From: Catajapyx aquilonaris
Lineage: Eukaryota
Length of the DNA stretch: 64,000 nt
NCBI GenBank assembly: GCA_000934665.2
Contig: KZ538240.1
Span: 1 to 64,000, forward strand
Direction: 5' to 3'
The notes beneath the pieces were generated by a model. That model was not told the origin of the DNA, made no database searches, and saw only the letters and a program-made list of their open reading frames with translations. Each line of letters opens with the position of its first letter. Position 1 is the stretch's first letter. Below, piece after piece: positions 12,501 to 25,300 of the stretch. The position numbers were made by a program, and so were the translations under genes.

Positions 12501-15500
12501 CTAAAATAACTTACAACTAATGTAACTAAATAACTTACAACTAATGTAACTAAATAATTTACAACTAATGTAACTAAAATAACTTATAACTAATGTAACT
12601 AAAATAGTGCTAAAATAACTAACAACAAAAGTAACTAAAAATTTAACGACTGATGTAAGTCAATAACTAACAGCTAATGTAACCAAAATAGCCAACAGCC
12701 AATGTAACTAAATAACTGAAGACTATAATAAAATAACTAATGACAATCCAAAATAAATAACAGCAAACTAACCATTATTAACAAGTAACTATAATAGCAA
12801 AAATAACAAATAAGTACTGTAAGATCACAAAACTTAAATAAGTTACAAATAACAATAGCATAACTAATATCTCATAGTGAAAAACAATCGATAGAAATAA
12901 GGAGAGTAATAACTATTAAAAAACAAAAAAAGTAACAAAGGTGATGTCTGGATGATACTCCGATCAACTGATCCTGATAATCGCACGCAGATCATGCGAT
13001 CTCGAGTTTATGATCCATACAGTGATCTTTCCCTTCAACTATGATCCTGTACTCACTAGGGTACAGTTGATATCGGTAGGCCATGCTAAGCTGCTTTATG
13101 GGGTCGTATAAACGTCTCTTCAATACTGAGGGAAGACCTGGAGGAATAGCGGAGGGGGGGGGGGGAAGTTAAAAGGCTGTATAACTGTTTCCAATCGATA
13201 GTATATGTTGATATCCGGCAGTTTAAAGGGCTGCCCCCCATACGCCACCTATAAACGACAGCAAAAAAGTCTAGCGTCCAAAAATAGCAGCAGACCCTGA
13301 GAACGACAAATGCAAAAAGTGTACAAAAAATAACCAATACCAGTACAAATAACAGGCAACAAATAACTAATAACAAAGTAACGTTCACTATAACAAGAAA
13401 CGACAATTTCAAATAGCTACTGATATACAGTAACTAATAACGAGGTAGACGTTATCAGGTAGATAATAACGAAATAACTTCAATAACTAATAACGGGAAA
13501 TAATATCAAATAACAGTTACAGATATAACCAATTACACAGCAGCCATGAACAGGTAGCTGAAATAATAAATAAGGAAAATAACCAAATATGAAACACAAT
13601 CACATACAATAACTAATAACAAAAATATCGCATATACGAAAAGATGTAAAAGCTACTAAAACAGTCACAAATAACTAATACAATAACGATTAGTTAATAA
13701 CGAAAATAACATACGAATAAGAAGAGTAATAGCTACTTAAAAATAATAATAACAACAGTCATGGTAGCAAAGGTGATAGCATAAAATGGACTGATTTTGC
13801 CAGCCAGGTATTGTTATGAATGTGATAAATATTGTTTCATTCATGATAATATTTACTTATTTTAATTTTAGGTTCGTCATCGTCAGCAGGGGCTGCAGAT
13901 GAAGAGGATTCGCTGGATGGAAGCAACAAAGAAAAAGGAGTTGTTGCCGGTGCTTCTTCTTCTTCAACAGAAGGTGACCAAAAGAACGAGATGGGTCCCA
14001 TCGAGGCCAACAATGGTGGCAGGGGTCCCACCAACAGAAGCAAGTTGTCCAGGCCCAAGGCGGAGATGCTGGACGCTGTGCTGCTTCTGCATATGGAGAG
14101 ATGCGCGCACAGGGACACCAAGAAGGAGCTGAAGGAGCTCAGGAAGAAGTACGAGGTGCTCAAGGAGGAGATGGACACCAGAGGTCAGTTCAGAGTTCAT
14201 AGGGTCAAGTGGGACCAGTTTGTTCCCGTGTGTGGCTGCTCAACTGTTTTCTCCAGCAGAGAGTCACAGCCAAAGTCCGAGTCGCGATTCAGGTCACGGC
14301 ACGGGCAGCGGTCGAAGGTCAGTGAACAGCTACCTGGACAGGCTTCAGGACGATCCGAAAAGCGGAAGTGTGTCCATGGAGTCAACCGGAAGCGGGTCCA
14401 TGTCCAGCGAGAGACTAGCAGAGGAGCTGAGGCTGAAGGAGATGACCATCTCACAGCTCAGGTCAAGGGTCCTCAACCTGGAAAAGGCCAGGATGGACAA
14501 GATCCCAGTGGACGCTGCCAAGGAAATCGCCAGGCTACACTCAGCCGTGGTAAGACGACCACGTAGTACCATATCCCTCCCATAGATAGTTCTAGTCATC
14601 CTCTGACCAAACGGGTAGGACACACACACAACGGGTGGCCAATCTTCCCGCAGATGAAGCATCTGCACTGCCACCCTCAGGGTCAAGCGAGTACTATATG
14701 TACATAGGAGTACTGGTGCGGTCACACAAAAGCCATACAGATGATATTACCGGTAACTGATGAGACGCAACTATATACATTGAAATTTTATTTAAAGTGC
14801 CAAAATATTTAGTGTGATGGATAGCCCCTGCATCGAGTCGACTGCAGTTACCATGACCTGCAGGAAGACAAATGAGGTGGTCGATTGCTCTTGAAAATGC
14901 GAACCGGAAAAATAAAGATGGGATCGGAGTCACGTGAAGTTAAGTTTGCTATGGCGGTGGGGGGGTCAGTCGGTGGGTGAAAGGTGAAAGAGGACTGGGC
15001 ACGCCCTTCTTGCATTATTGGGGCCTCCCATGCTCACTCCCTCCGCCAAAAAAAGTGGAGGGGCCATTTGGCCAAATATCTGCACGCAAAATAGCCGCGA
15101 CCTTGGTCCACTGTCATAATTTTGGAGATGCATCGATATTTCTGGTGCTAACTCCAATGGTATGTGGAGTTTCACAAGGGAAAAATGTAAGTTACTAGAA
15201 ATTTTTACAATGAATAATTTGATTATGATTAATTACAATTTACGCTCGTAAGTGCACGGCAATTTATAATTTCAATGCATTTGAGTGCTTTTTAATTGTA
15301 ATTGTTCATTTATCTTTATTTTAAAATTGTTGAGCAATTTGTAATATTGTACGTAGGGTAGCTATAATATCTAACATTAATTTTAAATCGAATTAAATTG
15401 TAACTTTAATTGTATTATTTTTAGATTATATTGTAATTATGGTTCATTTAATTAATTTGTAATTTTAGGTAATCTTAATCAGTACGGTATTATTTTATTT

Positions 15501-18500
15501 CATATGAATTTTTAATGTTCATTAATTTTAATAATATTAATGATTACCCATGATTACGCGTACTTACAAGGGATGGCTGGTGATTACTCATGATTATGGG
15601 TAATCACCTAACGATTACGCGTAATCTCATGTGACTACAAATAGAATACAAGGTAAATTCTGTGACTATAGTCACCTAATATTAATTGTGTTTACGCGTA
15701 ATCACACTGAATTACAGTAATTATGATTAAAATAATGATAAATGTGACAATAATCATGATAATTATTATGATTAAGTGTAACTGTGGCATATCTATAGTT
15801 TCGACGGCCATTTTGAATCCATTTCACACTCATCTGATAGCACATTTGGCATACATGTGTGTAGTCTTGGCCGCCATGTTGAATCCATTTTTATAACGGA
15901 AGCTACGAATTGATTATAATAACTATAATTAATTACGAATTGGTTTTTGATAACGCGTAGCTATAGTAATTTTGTTGTAGCCGTCATTTTGAGTCCATTT
16001 CCAATTGATCTGGCATATCGATGGAACGTGGCCGCCATTTTGAATCCATTTTTTAATACTTACGATGGTAGCACATTCCCGAAAAATTAATTTCAGGTCG
16101 AAATTATGAAACCCTCGTTAGAAACAGCGAAATCGGAGGAGGGGAAGACACGTGTCTAGTCGTTATTCGCAAATCGAGTCCCCACGGAAACAGGTGCCGA
16201 ATTTCTCAGATTTTCCCGAGAGGGGACGTGGGGGGGGGGCGGGGGGCGGGGGGCTTTCCTGATTTTACTATTCACCGTCGGTTCCCCTCCTGATCATTCA
16301 TGGGTTCAGTCCAAACCAATTGAGAGCAATCAGATTATGCAGTAGGCAGAGACAATCAAGATTTACGTGAGCGGAGAGATGGAAGCAGCCGCCATTTTTT
16401 TGCACGCAAAAAAAACCATCACCAAGCCTTGGGGGAACGTTACAAACCTCCCCCTTCAAAAAAAGAGGGGGTGGTCCATACATCGATAGATATGACCTGA
16501 TCCACACAAAGTTCTTGCTGCTCATATCCCGGTTAGTAATCAGCTTTACAAAGCAAAGCAAACCATGCATATCCTTTGTTTCTTCCCTCCCCTTCGATAT
16601 TGTCAAATTAGCAGCATATTGAAAAATTCCCCCCCCCCCTCCCCACCTCCCCTCCCCACCTCCCACTCAACTTAACATCACAATGATGGGACCCACCATA
16701 AAGAATAGATTTTCCCTTTGATAGATCAAATTTTGGGGATGGGGATCTTCAAAGCTTGGAGGCCCGCGTTTGTGGGGTACCAAGTCTGGAAGGGATAATC
16801 CTGTTCGTTGATCTGGGGATTGCGATGTAATGTACTTCCTCTCTCATTGCAACGGTGGGGTTTATCAGCATAAAGTGGTTATCAATATTTATCCCCTCCC
16901 CCCTCATACCTTTTTATGTGTATTTTTTTGCATGGGATATGAGGGGCAGTCAAGCGTCTCAGGTGAGATCCGCATAACAATAGGGGGGTTGTCTAGGTTA
17001 TGTGGAACAAATCTGACTAATTGTGCCAATTTTTTGTGTGGGAAAATGGTGGTGATCTAGATCCCCCAAAAATTTAAGAACTGTGTGAATTGAGTTGTGC
17101 TAGTTTAGTTCAACTTTGTCTGATCTGATAGTACCAGTACCACTACTCCTCGCACGATCCTGAGAGTGGCAGAATTATGCAAATAGAGAGGATGCGCCAT
17201 ATATGTGAGAGACACGGTACTACATATGTGCAGTGTTGTTAAGTTTTTGTAATAGGTTCCTATAGAAGCCTACTACATAAATGTATATTATACGTTTGTA
17301 TATCGTAACAAACCAAGTTGCAATTATATAAAGCTGAAAGATTTCTAAAAATGAATAGAACCCATAATGAATTCTGAAAAATTAATTTTAAAATATCACA
17401 ATAATATTTACTTCGTTTTATTAAGTTATATCATTACATATTATATTGTTATTATTTTATTACCCATAATAATTATAATTACATGTATTGATTAATAATT
17501 ATTGTAATGATCGGTACGGTTATATAATTTTTATTATTTATCATTTTTATTTATAGTATAGATTATTATTATTATTTATACTAACTTTGTTATAGTATTA
17601 TTGTTGTAGTTATTATTAATTATTAATTTATCCCCTGGATGTATCTGATGTAAAGGATTGTTCCATGTGTAGCTGTAGAGTCTAACGTTGCTGGAGATAC
17701 AGTGTTGTATATGGAATTTAAATAATCGATAACAAAAACTAGGCCCCATAATTTAAAATATGTAGGCTCTATAAAATTTGTAAAAACCTGCACTGCAGAT
17801 GTTGTGGTGGAAACTGCTCTAAAACAACAGTTTGCTATTTAAAAAATCATTCCGGTCCGCACTTTCCCAGTAGAATATTTTGCAGAATTTATAATTGAAT
17901 ACATAACTAAACCATCGAAATGTTAGTAGTGGGGTAGTGTAGGCTTCAAATAATTTTATCCAGTACTGCATCGCATAAGAGCAACATAATTATTTTCTAT
18001 ATAGAGCACCGCTTGATCACAGGATATTTTGAGTGGCTGTTGACCTGTGACACTCAAACTCAATGGACCTTCAGATGTTTGTTGCAGTTTTTTGTTGTTG
18101 TCGCAACTGAAGCTGACCACAGTAAAGTAGCTGAATGGGAGAACCGGGAGAACCAACTTTGTTAAATTTTTTCCCCCCAAAAATGCGGCGTGCTTGAAGG
18201 AATATTCCCCTAGACTAGTGCAGTGCTTTAGCCATGAAAACATGTCAAATATTTGAAACTACAAACTGTCAAACAAAGTACCCGGTGGTGCACCGTCCCT
18301 GGAAAACATAACTGATTAAATATAAATAATGAGTAAAATACGTAGTATTATATTGAATAAAATAATTAAACATATCAAATGGATAATACAAAAATTAATA
18401 AATAAAACAGTAAGATAACTCATCAGATGAAATAATTCACATGCAAAACAATACATTAATTTATTGTTTTGCATGTGAATTATTTCATAATTATTTCATA

Positions 18501-21500
18501 TTTATAAATAATAATACCGGTAAAAATAATGATTGAATAATATAACAAATAATGCATAAATAAATAATATATGGTTAAATGTACATAAATAATAAACCAA
18601 TTAGTAGACCATATAAAAATAACCAAAATTCGTTAAAAATAACTAAAATTAAATTTGTGTACATTTTAATAACTCTCTTTTATATTATGTTCATTGCATA
18701 ATTCGCAGAGTAAGTTATGCTTTAAACTCTTAACATTAACTTAATCTAAGTTTGCCTAACATACACCCACATCAGTCACTCCCATCCACAAGTTATTTTT
18801 ACTGCCATTGTTCTCAAACATTAACTGGGTTTCCATGCGATTTGATTGCAGGTCCAGTTAGAGAGGGTGAGAGACGAGATGACTCTCCAGAACTTCACTT
18901 TGAAGTCCAAGCTGGCCGAGCTGAGCAACCGGATCTCAGAAGTGGGCATGACCTATCGTCTGGACGCTTCGGAGACGACCAACAACCAACAGGAAGATGT
19001 TGATCAACGTCTTACCAGAAAAAGCACGTACAAGGTATGTCCTGTTTTCTGTGAGCCATCTATTGGGTTAAGCAGAGCATCACTCAATATAGGTTGGTCA
19101 AGAGCCTGTGGAGGTCCGGCAGCTGAGACTCCAGATAACTGATCTGAGGGAGAAAGAAGACAAGTACAAACGACAGCTGCAAGAGCTGGAGGTTCAGCTT
19201 CGAAACCTGAGGAACGAGGAGGATCTTGGGGAGCGTTTGGATCTGGAGAGACAGATCAGGAAGCTGGAGGAGCAGTTCGAACAGTGCCAGGAGCAGCTGG
19301 AGGCAGCCGAGAGGTACCTGATGGCCAAGGAGGAAGAATGCTGCTCCCTCAAGCTGGACGTGGACACCTTGAACGAGGAGAACAGACGACTCAAGGGGGA
19401 TCTCAACGGACTTCTTATCAAAGACAAGGAACAGTCTAAGTCGCTGGAGAAGCTCAGGAGTTACGAGCGAGAAATGGCCCAGCTACTGGAGCAGAATCGG
19501 ATCTTGCAGGTCAGTTCTGAGGTCAAAATGGGTGTGTGATGCTGTCCGCGAAGAGTCATCAGTAGTGCACCATATTTGGTACTAAGTATGTTCTGACTGT
19601 AGGAGGACTACAACCGTGAGCGAGTTCTGAGGAAGAAGTTCTATAACATGGTGGAGGAGATGAAGGGAAAGATCAGGGTGTACTGCAGGCTGAGGCCTAT
19701 CACCCAAGGAGAGGCTGCCAGATCCCACCAGCACCACGAGGTGGTCGTGGACTGTCCGGACCTCTACACCGTCTGTGTTCAAACCAAGAACAGGGGACAG
19801 AAGCAGTTCCTGTTCGACAGGGTCTTTCAGGCTAGGGATTCGCAAGAGCAGGTGTTTCAGGACACGGAGGTAAGGTTCACACAGTTGTCGTTGGTTTTTT
19901 TGGTTGTTGTGGTTGAGATCAACCAGTCACCGTTCTCTTTTCTTTCCGAATATTTCCTAACCGTTCCCGACCTAACCTAACCTAACCTAACCTAACCTAA
20001 CCTAACCTAACCTAACCTAACCATATACAGAGCTTGATTCAGTCTGTGTTTGACGGATTCAACGTGTGCATATGCGCTTACGGCCAAACCGGCAGCGGCA
20101 AAACCTTCACCATATCCGGTGACGACGCCAACCCCGGATTGGCTCCCCGTACCTTCCAAAGAATATTCCAAGTGGCCAATCAGCTCAGCTCAAAGTGTGA
20201 CGTCACGGTGTCCACATACGTCCTGGAACTGTACAATGAGAGGTTGATCGACCTCTTGAACCCATCAGTGGATGTAAGTATAATGGATGGTAATTTTAAA
20301 AAATCACTAATTAATAATTAATAAATGATGAAGGCAATCAATGATCCTTCGCAGCAGGAGAAGTTGGAAATACGACGTGACAGAAGAGGAATAGTTTGGG
20401 TCCAGGGTGCCACCATCCTGAAGGTGAATAATGCGGGAGAACTCCAGGTCATTTTCCAGAGGGCGTTGTCCACCAGGAAGACTGCAACCACCAGGATGAA
20501 CGATAGAAGTTCTAGGTCACACCTCCTGGTGTCAGTTCTGGTCGAATCGGAGTCCAGGCTCAACGGTACTGTCGTCAAGGGAAAGGTGAGGATCAGCACG
20601 AAAATACTTGAAGCATGGGGTGCCTATTAAATTTTGCAGGAAATATAATAAAACGATAGATTTTTAATAAAACACAATTGATTTTATAATATGCTATAAT
20701 ACGAGTAAGATACATTTCATAAAAATGTAATGTAATAAATTATACAATAGAAATATATTAAATAATAATTATTAATGAAATAATGCGTGCTTCATGAAGC
20801 ACCCTGTACATAATATTTCTGCACGCGTCAGCTCGTAGTACACAACCCGTGACAGCTTCAGAGTTTCTTTCTGGACACTTTTTTTTCCTCCCCCACCTCT
20901 CCCATGTAACATTACTCTTGGCTGACATGTCCCCACGTTTTCAGTCCGGAAAGTCAAATATGGGAGCTGGATATACACTTATGGCGGTGTCCAGCTGGCA
21001 CTTCGCAGCTAGGTGTTGCCAAGCGCGTAATGCAGGCCAAAGACAACAACTGCGCACTCCTAGCTTCATTCCAAACTCTGGAGATGGCTCACAACAATGA
21101 AACTATCTGCCACTTTTTAAAAAAAACATGTCTTGCACCAATTGACCCAGTAGCATGTGTCTCTATTCATAGCACCGCTTCTTAAATTCATAGACCGAAG
21201 CACCCACTAGGGCCAGCATTAACAATTAACTTTTACCTTTCCATTGCAAAGAGAGTGCTGCGTTTTAAAACATTCAAACCGCGTCTTAAATGTTTTAGCT
21301 TCCGTCTCTGAATCAGCCCCAGATACTATTTTTAGCCATGAATTGCAAATGGGGGACATGGATACAAAATGGCGGAGGTTGTCACAAAATGGTGGCGGAT
21401 GCGTCAAAATGGCTGAAGTTTTCATTAATTGGAGTCTTTTTTTTTTTCTTTCAGATAACGTTGGTAGACCTGGCTGGAAGTGAGAGGACGGCCAAATCCG

Positions 21501-22251
21501 GAGCCACTGCTGACACCCTGAAGGAAGCCAACTGCATCAACAAGTCCCTGTCCGCCCTTGGAGATGTGGTGGCAGCCCTGGCTGCAGAGCAATCCTTCGT
21601 GCCATACAGGTACTACACCTTACTTTGTTTCAGTTTCATTTAGTTCTGTCCCGCGGCTGACTGACGGAGGCGTCAGGGTTAATTCGGGCAGGGAATACCA
21701 GATGAAACTAGGCGGTTTTTTTTGGGATGGTTGGCAACCATGACACTGATTTACTGGCCTGGTTTATTCTTTCATGTCTGACGGATTTCTGGGCTCGGGT
21801 TTTTTGGGGTGGGAATGCATAATACGATTTTGCACAGCGTGTTACGTGATGAGAGATTATACTTTTTATTGAGTAACTTATGGCACACCCTGTACTGCTA
21901 ATTTGTGGAGGTTGGTTGTATTGGCGGGTTTGATTTAAGGGGCGGGTTGTGGCCCGATGGGACCAGGCACTTGCGAGCGATCAAAACTGGCAATCAACAG
22001 GTTCAAACCACGGATGGTCTTTTAGCAGGTGGTATACAGCGCAGCAGAGTTGGCAGAAGAAGTAACCAAAAATAGTGCATTGTTGGCTTTGTTGCGAGTA
22101 TTGCCAACGACACTTCCATCGCCTGGATCACAGCCTGCCACATTTACACAATAATTTAGGTGAAAGCATATTACATGGTGACATAGTTCTATAAACATTT
22201 CGGGCAGTTGGACCTACTAGTGTTGGCACTGGTAGGTTACTACTCAGTTAC

Positions 22252-22328
<77 letters not shown>

Positions 22329-25300
22329 ACTAGCAGTGGAGCGAAAATTCCACCCTTCTTCTTTATTTAATACATTTGCTAGAATTTAATCGAATTTTAT
22401 TGACGTTATGAATAAATATGCTGGTGGAATATTTATGAAGTTTAATATAATTTTATAATATTAATATTAATTGATAATAATAATAATAAATGATAATATA
22501 TATATATATATATTGTGAGTAAAAATTTACAAATTTAATATTCTAAAGGATGAAATATTAATAAACTTAATAGACTAGTTGATGAACGATTAATAAATTT
22601 ATTATATGGATAAAACACTTATTATTATTATAATATTTAATATAAACTTAATTGAATCATTGCGTCATTAGTGTTTAATGCAAAAGTATTAAAATAATTA
22701 CTAATTATCATTAAATAAAGCTGTAATAAATAAATACACAAATGGATGAATGAATGAATATTTAAATAAATAATTAACCGAAGACTCGAATGAACGAATA
22801 CAGAAATAAATGAATGAATGAATGAATACAGAACAAAATGAATGTAACTCTACAGAAATAAACAAATGAATGCCGGCACGAAAAAATAAATAAGTGTACA
22901 AATAAATAAGTACATAAATTAATGAATACATAAATAAATACATTTCATCCTAAATGTTTCGCGTGAATGTTAGAGACTATACCGAGAGCAGGTGCAAAAA
23001 ATGCAAGACCAGGTCTATTGCGATTGCTTGTCAAATGTAACTGTTCAACTATATAACTAGAAAAATGTGCAAAAAAAACTCTGTACGACTGTGTCCCTTT
23101 GCCCGGGCGGAACCGTTTGTCATTTCAATCGACATTTCGCACTAATTGGCAGCCGTTTGTCCAACTGTGGTCACATTTCGCAAACTGCTTGAAAGGAGGA
23201 GCCAATAGGCGTGCAAACTAACGAGTGAAAAACAGCAATATTCGACGCTCGAAGCAACAAAAGGTGAATTCGAGCATGGATTTTAGCAACCGTTTTTTTT
23301 TTTAAATATTTGTCGCAATTGAAAGTGTGTCAACAAGCCTATTCATGCCGACTAATTGCAGCTCTCTTCTTCTTCTCCTTCAGAAACAACAAATTAACAA
23401 TGCTAATGCAAGACAGCCTTGGAGGCAACGCAAAAACCCTTCTCTTCGTGAACGTCTCACCTACCAGCTACAACCTGGAGGAAACGTTGATTTCCCTGGC
23501 GTAAGTGGTGTCCTTGTTTACCTTCCCCCTCCACCTTCACCTTGTGACAAGAGAGAAATAGAGAGGGAGAAAAACATCTAGTAGGATTCTACTGTATAGG
23601 GGAAAAGGCAGTCTCTTACCATTTGAATAGAGCTGGGTGGAGAGAAGAGGGGAGGCTGCGGATACAACAGTTTCAGAGTTTGGTTATCCAAAAGGACAAA
23701 CTTGCTACTGCAGGAAATTAACTCACTATATCAAACTCTGAAACTGGTGGAGGAAAATGTTGGAAACCGCTGCAAATTCCTCAGCCTGGACCAGATCTCT
23801 TCTGTCATGTTTATTCACGAAGGTTTCTGACTACACTGCTACTATTGCCTATTGTAAAGGCAGAAGGAGGGAATGTTATTCAAGAGGAGTCGACCAGATA
23901 TGACTAGATGCGGTTTGTTAGGAAGGACGACATCAGCGGTTTTAATAATTGGCAAACTTTTCGCAAGGGGAGGACGAGGCTGGGCGGTGTGGAAGGAGTC
24001 AGGAGGGGGTTGGTTACAATGTGTTGACCTCATTGCAAGGTCGTTGTGATGTCGAGTTGTGATATTAAAGTGGTTTCAAATGGAGAGTAGTTAGCCATTT
24101 TAAGGTACAAGCTGCTTGCTATGATGCTGTTACTTTAAGAGGTTGACGAAATATATCAGTGGTTCTTTGTGTAATTTTAATAATCGCTTTACTCTTATTA
24201 TTGCATTTTTTATGCAATGTATAATTTATTTTCTATTTATTATTTCATTTCTCTCTTATCACTTTGGAATTTTATGCAATTGTAAATTATTTGCTTCGTT
24301 TATTAGGTGTAATACGTACATTCACATTTCATTTGTTTGTACTTGTAATACTTGCGTGTACTGTTATTTTCTTTGTGATGTTATTCATTATTCACACGCA
24401 TTTATTGTTTATTATGCTTTGTTGTTACTACCCCTACATGTGATTGAATTTAGTTTCGTAACGTCTGGTGTTGATTAGAGCGCAATTTAAAAATTTAAAA
24501 TCAGTCATGCTTGATGTGCATTTATCTGCAATAAAAATAATAGCATTTATTACCTAACATTGCCAGCTATTTTGCCTATCGATTTTAATAAATTACACCC
24601 CTAATAATTTACCAGCTAATATTCGGATAGCCATAGAAGTAACTAATAAATAAGCAGCTTCATTCAAAAAAATCTCCAACCTGTTCAGACATCTTTATTG
24701 AACATGTCACACCGAACGAATAGACAGCGACTGACATCATTATTAAGAGACGTCCCAGTTCACGTGGGTTACCATCTGCAGAAATGGGACGGCGTTTGAA
24801 TCTAATTGTTATGAGCGTTACGCCTCCCCCCCCCCCCTTCCAAAAAGCAATATGTCTCCTAATCGGTGCTCCACTGCCGGCTCAAATGGAAATAGCTGTA
24901 CTTTCCCTTTAGAGCAGTTTTTTATTTCGTTTTTTGGCCCCCTTCGAGGCTTGATCGGCTCCTTGCATCTATTTTGCTCCTCCCATCTCCCTCCTTCCCT
25001 CCTTCTCCTTCCCCCCATTTTCCGGCTGCTCCTTTTTGAGAACTCATGAAATGCAAATTGGGGAGGAGACAAGCCTCGGGTTTAGGCTTCAACAACCCTC
25101 TCTTAAATCTTCTCCTCCACCCCCTATACCCTAGCCACTCTCCTCCATCCCAAGTTTTACATAATGCGCAGTTTTGGGGACCGTTATAAGTGGGTAGAAT
25201 ACACATATCTCATCCTTTTCATTCCAGATATGCAACCAGGGTGAAGCAAATCGTCAACTCGGCCACGAGACACGCGGAGAACAAGGAGATTACGCGTCTT

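Noticed and set aside
14254..14259. NAGNAG acceptors (also 20352-20357)
   Set aside because: A common feature that changes only one residue; noted only as exon-boundary uncertainty.
14184..14566. Continuation of ORF 13991-14566 past 14183
   Set aside because: Read-through of a 73-nt intron; the coiled-coil frame continues in the 14220 ORF frame after splicing.
21945..22012. Possible Pol III A/B boxes (tggcccgatgg...ggttcaaacc) of a SINE
   Set aside because: Single copy in the window, with no cloverleaf, tail or TSD.
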